DNA of 61,469 nt from an uncultured delta proteobacterium (GTDB taxonomy: Bacteria; Myxococcota_A; Polyangia; Polyangiales; Polyangiaceae). The notes beneath the pieces were generated by a model. That model worked only from the letters and a program-made list of their open reading frames with translations, did not search any database and was not told the DNA's origin. Both the position numbers and the translations under genes were made by a program. Where the stretch lies: the NCBI GenBank assembly GCA_903906315.1, contig CAIVJW010000245.1:1-61469 (forward strand), in the 5' to 3' direction. Positions 1-8,182 of the stretch are shown piece by piece (positions within the stretch are counted from its first letter, which is position 1; each line of letters begins with the position of its first letter).

Positions 1-154
1 CGGCGGCGGCGCGACGGGCGCCCGGGGCGTCATCGCGGGCGCCCGCGGCGCGCGCGGAGGTTCGTGGTTGCCGCCCCCCATGCCCGCAGACTACCACCGC
101 GCCGGAGCGACGCGCGCGCGCGGGTCGCCGACGATCGACGCCCGCCCCGCGCGG

Positions 155-829
155 TCAGTGCGCGCCGACCGGGACCTCGACCACGCCGCCGGGCGTCGGC
201 AGCTCGAAGTCGACCACCGCCTCCCAGGCCACCTTGTTCATCGCCGCGTCCTCCTTCGACGCGTAAACGGGCACGTTGACGCGGTACTTCGCCGCCGGGG
301 CAGACTGCGGCGTCTTGCAGTCGCAGCCGTCGACGGTCTTGCCGTACGTCAAGGTCACTCCCCCCCAACCCGTCTCTATCTCCTGCCCCGGATCGACGGC
401 GACGCCGTCATCCATGCACGCGCCGCAATCCATGCACCCGGGGCCGGACTGGCTGCAATCGACCATGCAGTCCCCGTGGATGGGCAGCGGAGCTCCCCAG
501 CCGTCCGCGCAGGCATAGACGTCGAGCTTCAGGTGGCATTCCTGACGGACGAACGCGGGCGCGCCGCCGTGGTTCGTCACCCGGAACGTCACGGCGTAGG
601 GCCCCGGGTCGGCCGTCGCGACCGCGCACTCGGCGGGCACCGTCGAGGTCGACGTGGTGGTGGTCGTGGTCGTGGTGGTCGGGTTCGTCACCGTGGTGGT
701 CGACCCGCCCCCCGCGCCCTGCCCGCCCTGGCCTCCGGTGGTGGCGGGCCGGTCGACGAGGACGTTGGCGTTGCAGGCGGCAAGGGCGGAGAAGGCGGCG
801 ACGACGACGACGGAAGTGATTCGGAGCAT
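155..829 (-). CDS. Secreted lipoprotein with poly-Thr linker and Cys-rich C-terminal domain (hypothetical)
   Basis: ATG at 829 with GAGAGG-like RBS upstream. N-terminal signal peptide MLRITSVVVVAAFSALAAC (lipobox). Gly/Thr-rich linker (TTTTTTTTTSTST), then a domain with about 12 Cys. The longer ORF upstream of this start is Arg-rich junk. Confidence 0.6.
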   Translation of the reverse strand: MLRITSVVVVAAFSALAACNANVLVDRPATTGGQGGQGAGGGSTTTVTNPTTTTTTTTTSTSTVPAECAVATADPGPYAVTFRVTNHGGAPAFVRQECHLKLDVYACADGWGAPLPIHGDCMVDCSQSGPGCMDCGACMDDGVAVDPGQEIETGWGGVTLTYGKTVDGCDCKTPQSAPAAKYRVNVPVYASKEDAAMNKVAWEAVVDFELPTPGGVVEVPVGAH

Positions 830-1239
830 GGGGACCTCTCGGGGCCGATTAGCGAGCTCGAGGCCGCACACGAACGCGCGGATTCGCGCCATGTTCGCAG
901 GTCGACGCGCGCGGCGCGAGCGCGCAGCCAGGCCCAGGCGGGTCGGCGCGCCGCGGTGGGGCCCTACCCTCGCCGCGAGCGCGAGCCCCTGGCCTTGCCG
1001 GCCGGATGGCGCCGGGACTTCCTGGCCGCCCAGCAGGCGGGCGGCCGGGGCGACCTCGTGACCGAGGCGCCGCGCGAGGGGTAAGTAGCTGCAAAGATTG
1101 CGTGGATGGCCTCGGACCCGGGAGGTGGACGCTGCGGCCCCGAGGGCCTTGCGATTCCCGCATCGCCGCCTTGACCGTGAGGTTGGAGCGGCGTATCCCG
1201 CGAGCCGCACGTCGTGTCGACGCAGGCTGGAGCACCCTG

Positions 1240-1995
1240 ATGCGCAAGAGCGGATGGCTGATCGGAGTCCTGGTGCTGCCCGTCGCGGCATGCAGCAACA
1301 GCAGCAACGGCGGCACGGAGGGTCAAGCGGGCAAGTCGGGGCTCTCCTCGACCCTCGTCCTGAGCGCGGCCACCGACGCCCAGAAGCTTCAGTTCTGCAA
1401 CTGGCTCGCGTCCGTCGCGCCGACCAACGCGTGCGGCGCGCCCTCCGCCTCGTCGGCGGACGGCGGGGCGCCGGCGGCGACCGACGGCGGGGCAAGCACG
1501 GCGACCGCCCAGTGCCTGGCTACCTTCACGAAGGTCACTGGGGACTGCACGGTGGAGGTGACCGAGCAGTGCTTCTCGAGCTGGGAGGCGTCGGGCTCCT
1601 GCCAAGCGCCCGCCACAGCGAGCTGCGTCGCCTACACCGCTTGCGTGCAGGCGACGCCTCCCACGAACGGCCCCGACACGCCAACGTCCTACAACTGCTA
1701 TCCCGCCGGGTCGCTGACCAGCGCCGGGACCATCGATGTCGAGCTGTGCAACGTTTCGGCGTTCGGGTGGTTGCCTGCCACGTACGACTTCTGCGGTGGG
1801 GGGAGCTATCCCGTGGGTCTGCCGGCTGTCGCCGTGCGGTGCAACAGCACCTACCCGAAGTGCAATGATTCGTGCTCGGCCTGCATCCTCGACGCTACCA
1901 CCATCAAGCCATCCGACCGATGCTTTGACAAGACCGGCAAACAGACCGTGAGCCCGTGCCTGCCTACCGGGCAGTGTCCATACCCCAACCCTTGA
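1240..1995 (+). CDS. Secreted Cys-rich lipoprotein (hypothetical)
   Basis: Start MRKSGWLIGVLVLPVAACSNSS (lipoprotein signal). Many Cys throughout. The reading frame upstream of this ATG is Arg/Pro-rich junk. Confidence 0.6.
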   Translation: MRKSGWLIGVLVLPVAACSNSSNGGTEGQAGKSGLSSTLVLSAATDAQKLQFCNWLASVAPTNACGAPSASSADGGAPAATDGGASTATAQCLATFTKVTGDCTVEVTEQCFSSWEASGSCQAPATASCVAYTACVQATPPTNGPDTPTSYNCYPAGSLTSAGTIDVELCNVSAFGWLPATYDFCGGGSYPVGLPAVAVRCNSTYPKCNDSCSACILDATTIKPSDRCFDKTGKQTVSPCLPTGQCPYPNP

Positions 1996-2408
1996 ACGGC
2001 AGTAGGAAGCTGACCTCCCGCCTCGGCCAGGACGGCGACCCCGTCAGCGTCGATTCGGATGGCTTCCGCGAAGGGACGACGAACCTTGGGCGGAATGCAA
2101 GCGGGTGCAGCGCCGTGCAGGGGTCGCCATTTCGCTGGGGTCTGGAGCGCCCGCCGCTCTGCAACCTGACGGACCCCCGTCGGCCACGATGAGGCCCTCG
2201 CGCGCGGCCTCCGTGATGGCGTGCTTGGGCCTCCTCCCGGCCGCGTGACGTCCACATGCACCGACCGCGGTCGAGGTTTCTCCAAAGCAGCTTCTCGGCG
2301 CGGCCCTCGTGCGCGGCGGGGCTTTGTGGGGTCGACCTGCGTGGACGGTAGGCGTCGAGGAAGGATGCGGGACCATTGCGAGGTGACCGCCCGTCGACAA
2401 GAACACGC

Positions 2409-2437
2409 TTGTCAAGCGTGCAGCGCTTCCGTACAAA
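2409..2437 (+). promoter_or_regulatory. Candidate sigma70-like promoter (-35 TTGTCA, 17-bp spacer, -10 TACAAA) overlapping palindrome GACAAG-N6-CTTGTC (2396-2413)
   Basis: Read directly from the sequence about 25 nt upstream of the GGGAGG RBS (2445-2450) of the repeat-peptide gene. Confidence 0.2.
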
Positions 2438-2462
2438 CAGGGGCCCAGGGAGGTTCCCCGTC

Positions 2463-2810
2463 ATGTCGAATACGCCGACCCGCCGCTCACTCATCGACCC
2501 CGCCACCGCCGCGCTGATCCTTGCGCCCTTCGCCCTCGGCGCCATCGCGGTCGAGGGGGGCTGCTCCTCCGACGAGACGGTCATCACCGCGACGGGCAGC
2601 GGCGGCGCCGGCGGCGGCGTCATGGCGATCATGGCCCAAGGCGGCGCGGGCGGCGGCGTCATGGCGATCATGGCCCAAGGCGGCGCCGGCGGCGCGGGCG
2701 GCGGCGTCTGGGCGATCGTGGCCCAGGGCGGCGCCGGCGGCGCGGGCGGCGGCGTCATGGCGATCATGGCCCAGGGCGGCGCCGGCGGCGCAGGCGGCAA
2801 GGGCGCGTAG
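2463..2810 (+). CDS. Small secreted repeat peptide; candidate precursor/substrate of the adjacent radical SAM/SPASM enzyme
   Basis: GGGAGG RBS 12 nt upstream of ATG. Tat-like leader TRRSLIDPATAALILAPFALGAIA with AxA cleavage site (AIA-VE). Core carries four tandem repeats GGAGG(AGG)GV[M/W]AI[M/V]AQ. Stop lies 6 nt before the radical SAM start. Confidence 0.6.
   Translation: MSNTPTRRSLIDPATAALILAPFALGAIAVEGGCSSDETVITATGSGGAGGGVMAIMAQGGAGGGVMAIMAQGGAGGAGGGVWAIVAQGGAGGAGGGVMAIMAQGGAGGAGGKGA
2601..2774 (+). repeat. Four tandem in-frame repeats (39-48 nt) encoding GGAGGG-VMAIMAQ / GGAGGAGGG-VWAIVAQ
   Basis: Near-identical DNA repeats ggcggcgccggcggcggcgtcatggcgatcatggcccaa... visible in the sequence. 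The antisense ORF 1964..3562 shows the mirror PPAPPAPPWAMIAMTPPP repeats. Confidence 0.8.
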
Positions 2811-2815
2811 GCCAG

Positions 2816-3898
2816 ATGTCCCTCGGCGTCGGCATCGAGGTCACCCGGCGCTGCAACTTCACCTGTCCGCATTGCTTCGTCGACGCGCGCTCGGCCAAGG
2901 GCAAGCCGCTCGGCGAGGCCGGCGGCGCGCCCGCGCCCGAATGGACGACGGCGGAGCTCGCGGCGCTCGTCCGTGATCTGGCCGCGTGCGGGACGACCGA
3001 CCTCTGCTGGTCGGGCGGAGAGCCGCTGCTGCGCGACGACCTCGAAGAGCTCACGCGTGAGGCTACGTCCAGGGGAATCTGCGTCTCGCTCGTGACGAAT
3101 GGCTCGCTCGCGACGCGCGATCGCCTCGCGCGCCTGCGGGCGAGCGGCCTCGCGACGGTGCAGATCAGCCTCGACGGCGCGACCCCCGAAGCCGCTGCGC
3201 GCATCCGGCGCGGGCCGAAGGCGGCCTTTCGTCGTGCGACCGAGGCGGCGCGCGCCGGCCTCGAGGCCGGCCTCGTGACACACCTCTGCTGCCTGTTGAC
3301 CCCGGAGACGGCCGCCGAGGTCGAGGACATGATCGCCCTCACGCGCGAGCTCGGCGTCCCCGTGCTCCGCTACGCCTCGTGGACGCCCGTCGGCCGCGCC
3401 GCGGGCGAGCGTTACGACGAGGACGCCTGGGCCTCGCCCTCCATTCGCCGGTTTCTCGAGGTCGCGCTCGGCGACCACGCCCCCGGCGTGCGCGTGCTCC
3501 TCGACTGCCCGCTCGGGCCGCACGCGGGCGCGCCGCGCTTTCGCTGCCGCGTCGGGCGTCACTCCATCTACGTCACGGCCGCCGGCGACGTCTTCCCGTG
3601 CACCGCGCTCATGTTCGACGCCTACCGCGCCGGAAACGTGCGAGAGCGGCCTCTCGCGGACATCGTCTTCGGCGCCGACATGTTCAAGGTGGAGCGCGAG
3701 ATCGCCGGGTCACTCCCCGGTGGGCGCTGCGGCACCTGCGGCCTCGTCGAGCACTGCCGCGGAGGCTGCCCCGGCAAGACGTACGCCGTCCACGGCGCCA
3801 TTCGCGGCGGCGAGGCCGACGGCGAGCAACCCGCCTGCTTGCTCGGCGTGCACGGCCTCGTGCGCGGGCCGCGCGGGGCACCCGGGCGTAGCGACTAG
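2816..3898 (+). CDS. Radical SAM/SPASM-domain peptide-modifying enzyme (anSME/PqqE/MftC-type maturase superfamily)
   Basis: N-terminal CNFTCPHC (Cx3Cx2C) radical SAM cluster motif. GGEPLL SAM-binding motif. C-terminal Cys-rich SPASM region (CPLGPH...C...CxxxGxxxxC...GRCGTCGLVEHCRGGCPGK). Confidence 0.85.
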   Translation: MSLGVGIEVTRRCNFTCPHCFVDARSAKGKPLGEAGGAPAPEWTTAELAALVRDLAACGTTDLCWSGGEPLLRDDLEELTREATSRGICVSLVTNGSLATRDRLARLRASGLATVQISLDGATPEAAARIRRGPKAAFRRATEAARAGLEAGLVTHLCCLLTPETAAEVEDMIALTRELGVPVLRYASWTPVGRAAGERYDEDAWASPSIRRFLEVALGDHAPGVRVLLDCPLGPHAGAPRFRCRVGRHSIYVTAAGDVFPCTALMFDAYRAGNVRERPLADIVFGADMFKVEREIAGSLPGGRCGTCGLVEHCRGGCPGKTYAVHGAIRGGEADGEQPACLLGVHGLVRGPRGAPGRSD

Positions 3899-3983
3899 GA
3901 GCGCCAAACGCCATCCGGCCAACTGGCTGGCTCGCAAAGCCGTGGAGCGGATGGCGAGGGAGCGAGAGGGGCGCCAAGAGCAC

Positions 3984-4126
3984 CAAGATCGCCAAGATCG
4001 CCAAGGGAAGATTGGGGGGGTGCCGCGAGCCTGCGCGTCCACGCAGGGCGCATCCGACGGCCGGCCTCCGGCCCCGAAGGGCCCAGCTCCTCCGTCTCGC
4101 TTGGCGTCCTTGGCGTCCTTGGCGCC
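3984..4126. repeat. Inverted pair of short tandem 9-mer repeats (ccaagatcg x2.5 at 3984-4006; cttggcgtc x2.5 at 4100-4126) in convergent intergenic region
   Basis: Direct inspection. The two arms are imperfect reverse complements and could pair as a long hairpin. No credible ORF in 3899-4373. Confidence 0.4.
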
Positions 4127-4373
4127 CTGCTCGGTCGATCCAGCCAGGGCGACGCCGCCCGCCGTACAGCAGCTATTCCAAGCTCCCAGCCACGTCCCGC
4201 AGAATGCGGACCCGATCCTCGCCTGATCCGCGAGGCGCGCTTCGGCCGCCCGTCCGCTTCGTCGTCCCCCGGCTCGTGGACGCAGATCACGACGCACTCA
4301 GCGCGAAGGATGACCTTCGCCGATCGAGGTCGTGCTGGTCGTTCCGTTCGCCTTGGACCGTCGAGGACGGCGG

Positions 4374-6068
4374 CTAGCCGCGCATCGCCGCGATCGCGAG
4401 CCCGAGGAGCTTTCCCCACGAGGGCGCGGCCTCGAAGCGCGTGATCCTCGCGCCGACCTCGGCGAGCGTCTTGTGGTCGGCGAACCAGACCGGCGTCGGG
4501 AAGATGCGGAACGGCGCGCGCACGACCGACTTCTGGGGGTGATCGAAGAGCAGCGCGTTGTGCACCACCCCCGTGCCCGATCGGATGTCCTCGGGCGGGT
4601 GGCCGGGGAACGCGCCCCAGGTCGTGTTGACGAGCGCGTAGAGGACGGCCGGCCAGCAGTTCACGCCGATCCCGCCGTAGCGCAGCTCGGCAATCGCGCG
4701 ATCGAAGGCCTCGGCGTGGTCGCGCTCGGTCGCGGGGTGGATGAAGACGCCGCACGAGAGCGTGCCCCAGCAGCGGTCGTTGGCGAACGCGACGGCCTTC
4801 TCGAGGAAGTCGGCCGGCCCGCTCGCGTCGAGCGAGACCTCCGCGATCACGCCGCAGAAGGCCTCGTTCGAGAGCGCGTACTCGCCCTCGGCCGCCGGCA
4901 CGTCGGGCAGCACCGTCCACGGCACGACGCCCTCGGCGTCCGCGCCGACCGCGTCGGCCTTCGGGTAGTGCTCGACGAAGGCGCGCCAGCGGTCCTTCGC
5001 GCCCGGGTAGTAGGCCTTGCGCGGCGGCGTCCGGGCGAGCGCCTCGCGCACCTTCGCCAGGAACGCGCCCTCCTGCGCCCAGCCCTTCGCGGTCACGAGC
5101 ACCTTGGCCGCGTTGCAGTTGAAGCTCGCGTTCTGCGCGACCATGCCCGCGACGTGCCGCGCCTGGAACGCTAGGTCGGCCTCCGACCACGCGCCGGGGA
5201 CGATCAGGATCGGCGTCACGCAGCCGAGCTCCGCGGTGAACGGGCGCGCGTTCAGGCGGTCGCCCGAGGCCTTGCGGCGCGCCTGATCGGCCGGGTCGCG
5301 GCCCCACACGATCGCGTCGTAGGTGCGGTCCGACCCCGTCACGTGCAGCGTGTCGATCTGCGGGTGATCGGCCAGGTGCGCGCCGACCTCGGCGCCGCCG
5401 TACACGACCGCAAGGAAGCCGTCGTCGATGAGCGCCCGGAACGCGCGCTCGAGGCGCGGGCCGACGTGCGCGTTCACCGGGTTCATCTTGAGGACGACGA
5501 CCTCGTCCTCGACGAACAGCTTGTGGATCACGTCCATCGGCGGGATGGACGACACGTTGCCGGCGCCGAGCACCAGCGCGACGCGGCCGCTCTCGCGCTT
5601 GTTCCGGTAGCAGGCGCCCTGCGTCGCCTCGGCGCCGGGCTCGATCCAGACCTCGCCGACGAAGCCCGTGAACAGGGCACGGTCCATCAGGTTCTGCGGG
5701 AAGACGCGCGCGATCTTCTGGCCGTGGCGCGTCTCGATCGAGACGGGCGGCGGGCGACCGTCGTGCTCGAGCGCGTCGATGAGCAGGCGCAGGTTGCGGA
5801 TCGTCGGGTACGGGCCGGCGACCCACTCCTCGCCCTCGAGCGGCTCGCCGCGCGCGATGCCCTTGAGCGCGCAGCCGCCCGCGACCCAATCGTCGGCGAC
5901 CTCGATCACGCCCTCGATGGCGCGGCGGAGGTAGTCGAGCCGCTGCGCAATGCCCACCACGAGCCACGCGTCCTTCTTCGAGGCGACGCGCGCGACGAGC
6001 TCGTCGACGCGGGCTTTCGGGGTCGGAGGGACGGGCGCGGGCGGCTCCTGGAACGCGGGGGACGGCAT
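4374..6068 (-). CDS. Aldehyde dehydrogenase family protein
   Basis: Start MPSPAFQEPP at 6068; upstream in-frame residues are Arg/Pro junk. ALDH-like region GAGNVSSIPPMDVIHKLFVEDEVVVLKMNPVN...ELGCVTPILIV (catalytic Cys region). Confidence 0.8.
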   Translation of the reverse strand: MPSPAFQEPPAPVPPTPKARVDELVARVASKKDAWLVVGIAQRLDYLRRAIEGVIEVADDWVAGGCALKGIARGEPLEGEEWVAGPYPTIRNLRLLIDALEHDGRPPPVSIETRHGQKIARVFPQNLMDRALFTGFVGEVWIEPGAEATQGACYRNKRESGRVALVLGAGNVSSIPPMDVIHKLFVEDEVVVLKMNPVNAHVGPRLERAFRALIDDGFLAVVYGGAEVGAHLADHPQIDTLHVTGSDRTYDAIVWGRDPADQARRKASGDRLNARPFTAELGCVTPILIVPGAWSEADLAFQARHVAGMVAQNASFNCNAAKVLVTAKGWAQEGAFLAKVREALARTPPRKAYYPGAKDRWRAFVEHYPKADAVGADAEGVVPWTVLPDVPAAEGEYALSNEAFCGVIAEVSLDASGPADFLEKAVAFANDRCWGTLSCGVFIHPATERDHAEAFDRAIAELRYGGIGVNCWPAVLYALVNTTWGAFPGHPPEDIRSGTGVVHNALLFDHPQKSVVRAPFRIFPTPVWFADHKTLAEVGARITRFEAAPSWGKLLGLAIAAMRG

Positions 6069-6164
6069 GGCCGCCGAGGGTAGCGCGCGCGGGGCGAACG
6101 GAGAATGGGGCGGACGTCGCCCGGGCTGTCTCGCCGCCCGGCGGGGTGGTAGCGTCGCGGCGCC

Positions 6165-7112
6165 ATGCAAGCGAACACCGCGACGTTCAAGGCGAGCGAC
6201 GGGCAGGACCTCTTCGTCTACGAGTGGCTCCCGGACGCCGCCGTCGCCACGAAGGGCCTCGTCCACGTCGCGCACGGCATGGGCGAGCACGCCGCCCGCT
6301 ACGCGCGCCTCGCCGAGGCGCTCACGGCCGCGGGCTTCGTGGTCTACGCAAACGACCACCGCGGCCACGGCAAGACGGCCGCGAGCGCCCAGGATCTCGG
6401 GTGGTTCGCGCCCACGGACGGCTTCCGCCGCGTGGAGCTCGACCTCGAGGAGCTGGTCAGTGACGAGAAGCGCCGGCACCCCGGACTGCCGGTCTTCCTG
6501 GTCGGCCACAGCATGGGCTCGTACTTGACCCAGCGCTTCCTCATCGAGCGCGGCGAGATCCTCTCGGGCGCGGTCCTGAGCGGCACCGGCGGCAAGCCGA
6601 GCCTGCTGGCGGCGGCCGGCCGCCTCGTCGCGCGCGCCGAGCGCCTGCGCGTCGGCGAGCGCGGCACGTCGAACCTCCTGCGCGACCTCTCGTTCGGCGC
6701 CTTCAACAAGCCATTCGAGCCCGGCCGCACCAGGTTCGACTGGCTGTCTCGCGACCCGGTCGAGGTCGACAAGTACGTGGCCGACCCGCTGTGCGGCTTC
6801 GACAGCACGACCTCGCTCTGGGTCGATCTCCTCGACGGGCTCGCCTTCATCGCCGACCCGGTCAAGCAGGCGCGCATCCCGAAGCACCTGCCGGTCTACG
6901 TCTTCGCCGGCAGCGAGGACCCGGTCGGCGAGAAGACCAAGAGCATCCTGCAGCTCCTCTCCGCCTACGAGCGCGCCGGCCTCACGCACGTGACCCACCG
7001 CTTCTACGACGGCGCGCGCCACGAGACGCTGAACGAGACGAACCGCGACGAGGTGACGCGGGATCTGCTCGCGTGGCTCGAGGCGACGATCGCGGCGAGC
7101 GGGCGCGCCTGA
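6165..7112 (+). CDS. Alpha/beta hydrolase (lysophospholipase/monoacylglycerol lipase-like)
   Basis: HVAHGMGEHAARY...HSMGS (GxSxG nucleophile elbow) with Asp/His downstream; typical lysophospholipase family layout. Confidence 0.85.
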   Translation: MQANTATFKASDGQDLFVYEWLPDAAVATKGLVHVAHGMGEHAARYARLAEALTAAGFVVYANDHRGHGKTAASAQDLGWFAPTDGFRRVELDLEELVSDEKRRHPGLPVFLVGHSMGSYLTQRFLIERGEILSGAVLSGTGGKPSLLAAAGRLVARAERLRVGERGTSNLLRDLSFGAFNKPFEPGRTRFDWLSRDPVEVDKYVADPLCGFDSTTSLWVDLLDGLAFIADPVKQARIPKHLPVYVFAGSEDPVGEKTKSILQLLSAYERAGLTHVTHRFYDGARHETLNETNRDEVTRDLLAWLEATIAASGRA

Positions 7113-7119
7113 TCGCGAT

Positions 7120-7138
7120 CGGGGCGCTGGCGGCCCCG
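7120..7138. terminator. Weak hairpin (CGGGGC-N7-GCCCCG) between convergent genes
   Basis: Seen in sequence in the 32-bp gap between convergent CDS ends. No U-tract. Confidence 0.2.
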
Positions 7139-7144
7139 GCGTGA

Positions 7145-7966
7145 CTAGAACAGGCGCAGCTGGTCGACCGCGCCCCGCGCGCCCGGCGGCGCGCCCGGCA
7201 GCGCGACGGGCGGCGGCGCAGCGGCGTCGAGGAGCAGCGGCGTCGACTGGGACGCCGCGTGCAGCGTGACGGCGCGGCCGGCGAGCGCGTCGCGCGCGAC
7301 CTCGAGCGCGATCGACGCCGCGTTGTTGGTCCCCGAGAGGTGCATCAGCACCACGGTGTGCGTCCGCGGCGAGAGCTCCCGCAGAAACGCGTGCGCCTGC
7401 TGGTTCGAGAGGTGGCCGCGCGCCGAGGCGATGCGCCGCTTGAGGTGCGCGGGGTACGGCCCGCGAGAGAGCAGCTCCGGGTCGTGGTTCGACTCGAGGA
7501 GGAGCACCTCGCACGCCGCGAGGTGGTCGGCGAGGCCGGGCGGCACCTCGCCGAGATCGGTCGCGATCCCCGCGCGGAGGCCTCCGCCCTCGACCACGAG
7601 CGAGACCTGCGCCGCGTCGTGCGGGATAGGCAGCGGCGCAATCGTGATCGCCCCGATCGCGAAGGGCTCGCGAGCGCCGAAGACGCGCACCCGGGGCGCC
7701 TCGGTCAGCCGCGCCACCCGCGCGGTCGCCTCGCTCACCCAGACCGGCACGTCGAGCTTGCGAGCGAGCTTCTGCGCGTGGCCGAGGTGGTCGTCGTGCG
7801 CGTGCGTGATCACGATCGCGTGCGGAGGCCCCCCGATCCCGCCGGCCTCGATCGCCCGCGCGATCACGCGAGGCCCCACGCCGGCGTCGACGAGCACGCG
7901 CGTGCCGCCGGCCTCGAAGATGGCGGCGTTGCCTCGGCTCCCGCTGGCGACGATGAGGACCTTCAT
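7145..7966 (-). CDS. MBL-fold metallo-hydrolase
   Basis: MKVLIVASGSRGNAA...VITHAHDDHLGH (HxHxDH metallo-beta-lactamase motif). Confidence 0.85.
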   Translation of the reverse strand: MKVLIVASGSRGNAAIFEAGGTRVLVDAGVGPRVIARAIEAGGIGGPPHAIVITHAHDDHLGHAQKLARKLDVPVWVSEATARVARLTEAPRVRVFGAREPFAIGAITIAPLPIPHDAAQVSLVVEGGGLRAGIATDLGEVPPGLADHLAACEVLLLESNHDPELLSRGPYPAHLKRRIASARGHLSNQQAHAFLRELSPRTHTVVLMHLSGTNNAASIALEVARDALAGRAVTLHAASQSTPLLLDAAAPPPVALPGAPPGARGAVDQLRLF

Positions 7967-8182
7967 GCGGGCTCGCGCCGCCGAGCATCCGCCGGGCGAC
8001 GTGCTCGGTCAACCGCGCGCGCGATGACGGCGCCCGCGCGCCGCGTGCGCGCCGAGCCCCGCGCGGCGCCGCCCTCGAAACGCGACGGGCGCGACGCGGC
8101 GGTCTTCTACCCAACATGCGGGGCCGAATCCGCGGAAACGACGGTTGACTCGGTCGCCGTCCGGGACGATTCGCTCCGCGCC

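Noticed and set aside
68-1084. 338-aa plus-strand ORF at window start
   Set aside because: Overlaps antisense to the lipoprotein gene 155-829; Arg/Ala/Gly-rich without motifs.
2601-2774. Considered whether the tandem 39-48-nt repeats are a CRISPR array or non-coding satellite
   Set aside because: The repeats are directly adjacent with no spacers and in frame within an ORF that has an RBS and a signal peptide. They encode a coherent Gly-linker/hydrophobic-helix repeat.
1964-3562. 532-aa minus-strand ORF with striking PPAPPAPPWAMIAMTPPP repeats
   Set aside because: It is the antisense reading of the precursor repeats and of the radical SAM gene. Composition is Arg/Ala/Pro junk. The sense-strand genes have RBS, signal peptide and rSAM/SPASM motifs.
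3895-5967. 690-aa minus-strand ORF and overlapping 4332-5174 (+) ORF
   Set aside because: Arg/Gly-rich low-complexity translations in alternative frames of the ALDH gene; typical high-GC artifacts.
4374-8117. 1247-aa minus-strand ORF
   Set aside because: Only the C-terminal 564 aa (4374-6068) are an aldehyde dehydrogenase. The upstream 680 aa are Arg/Gly/Ala-rich with no domains and run antisense through the hydrolase and MBL genes.
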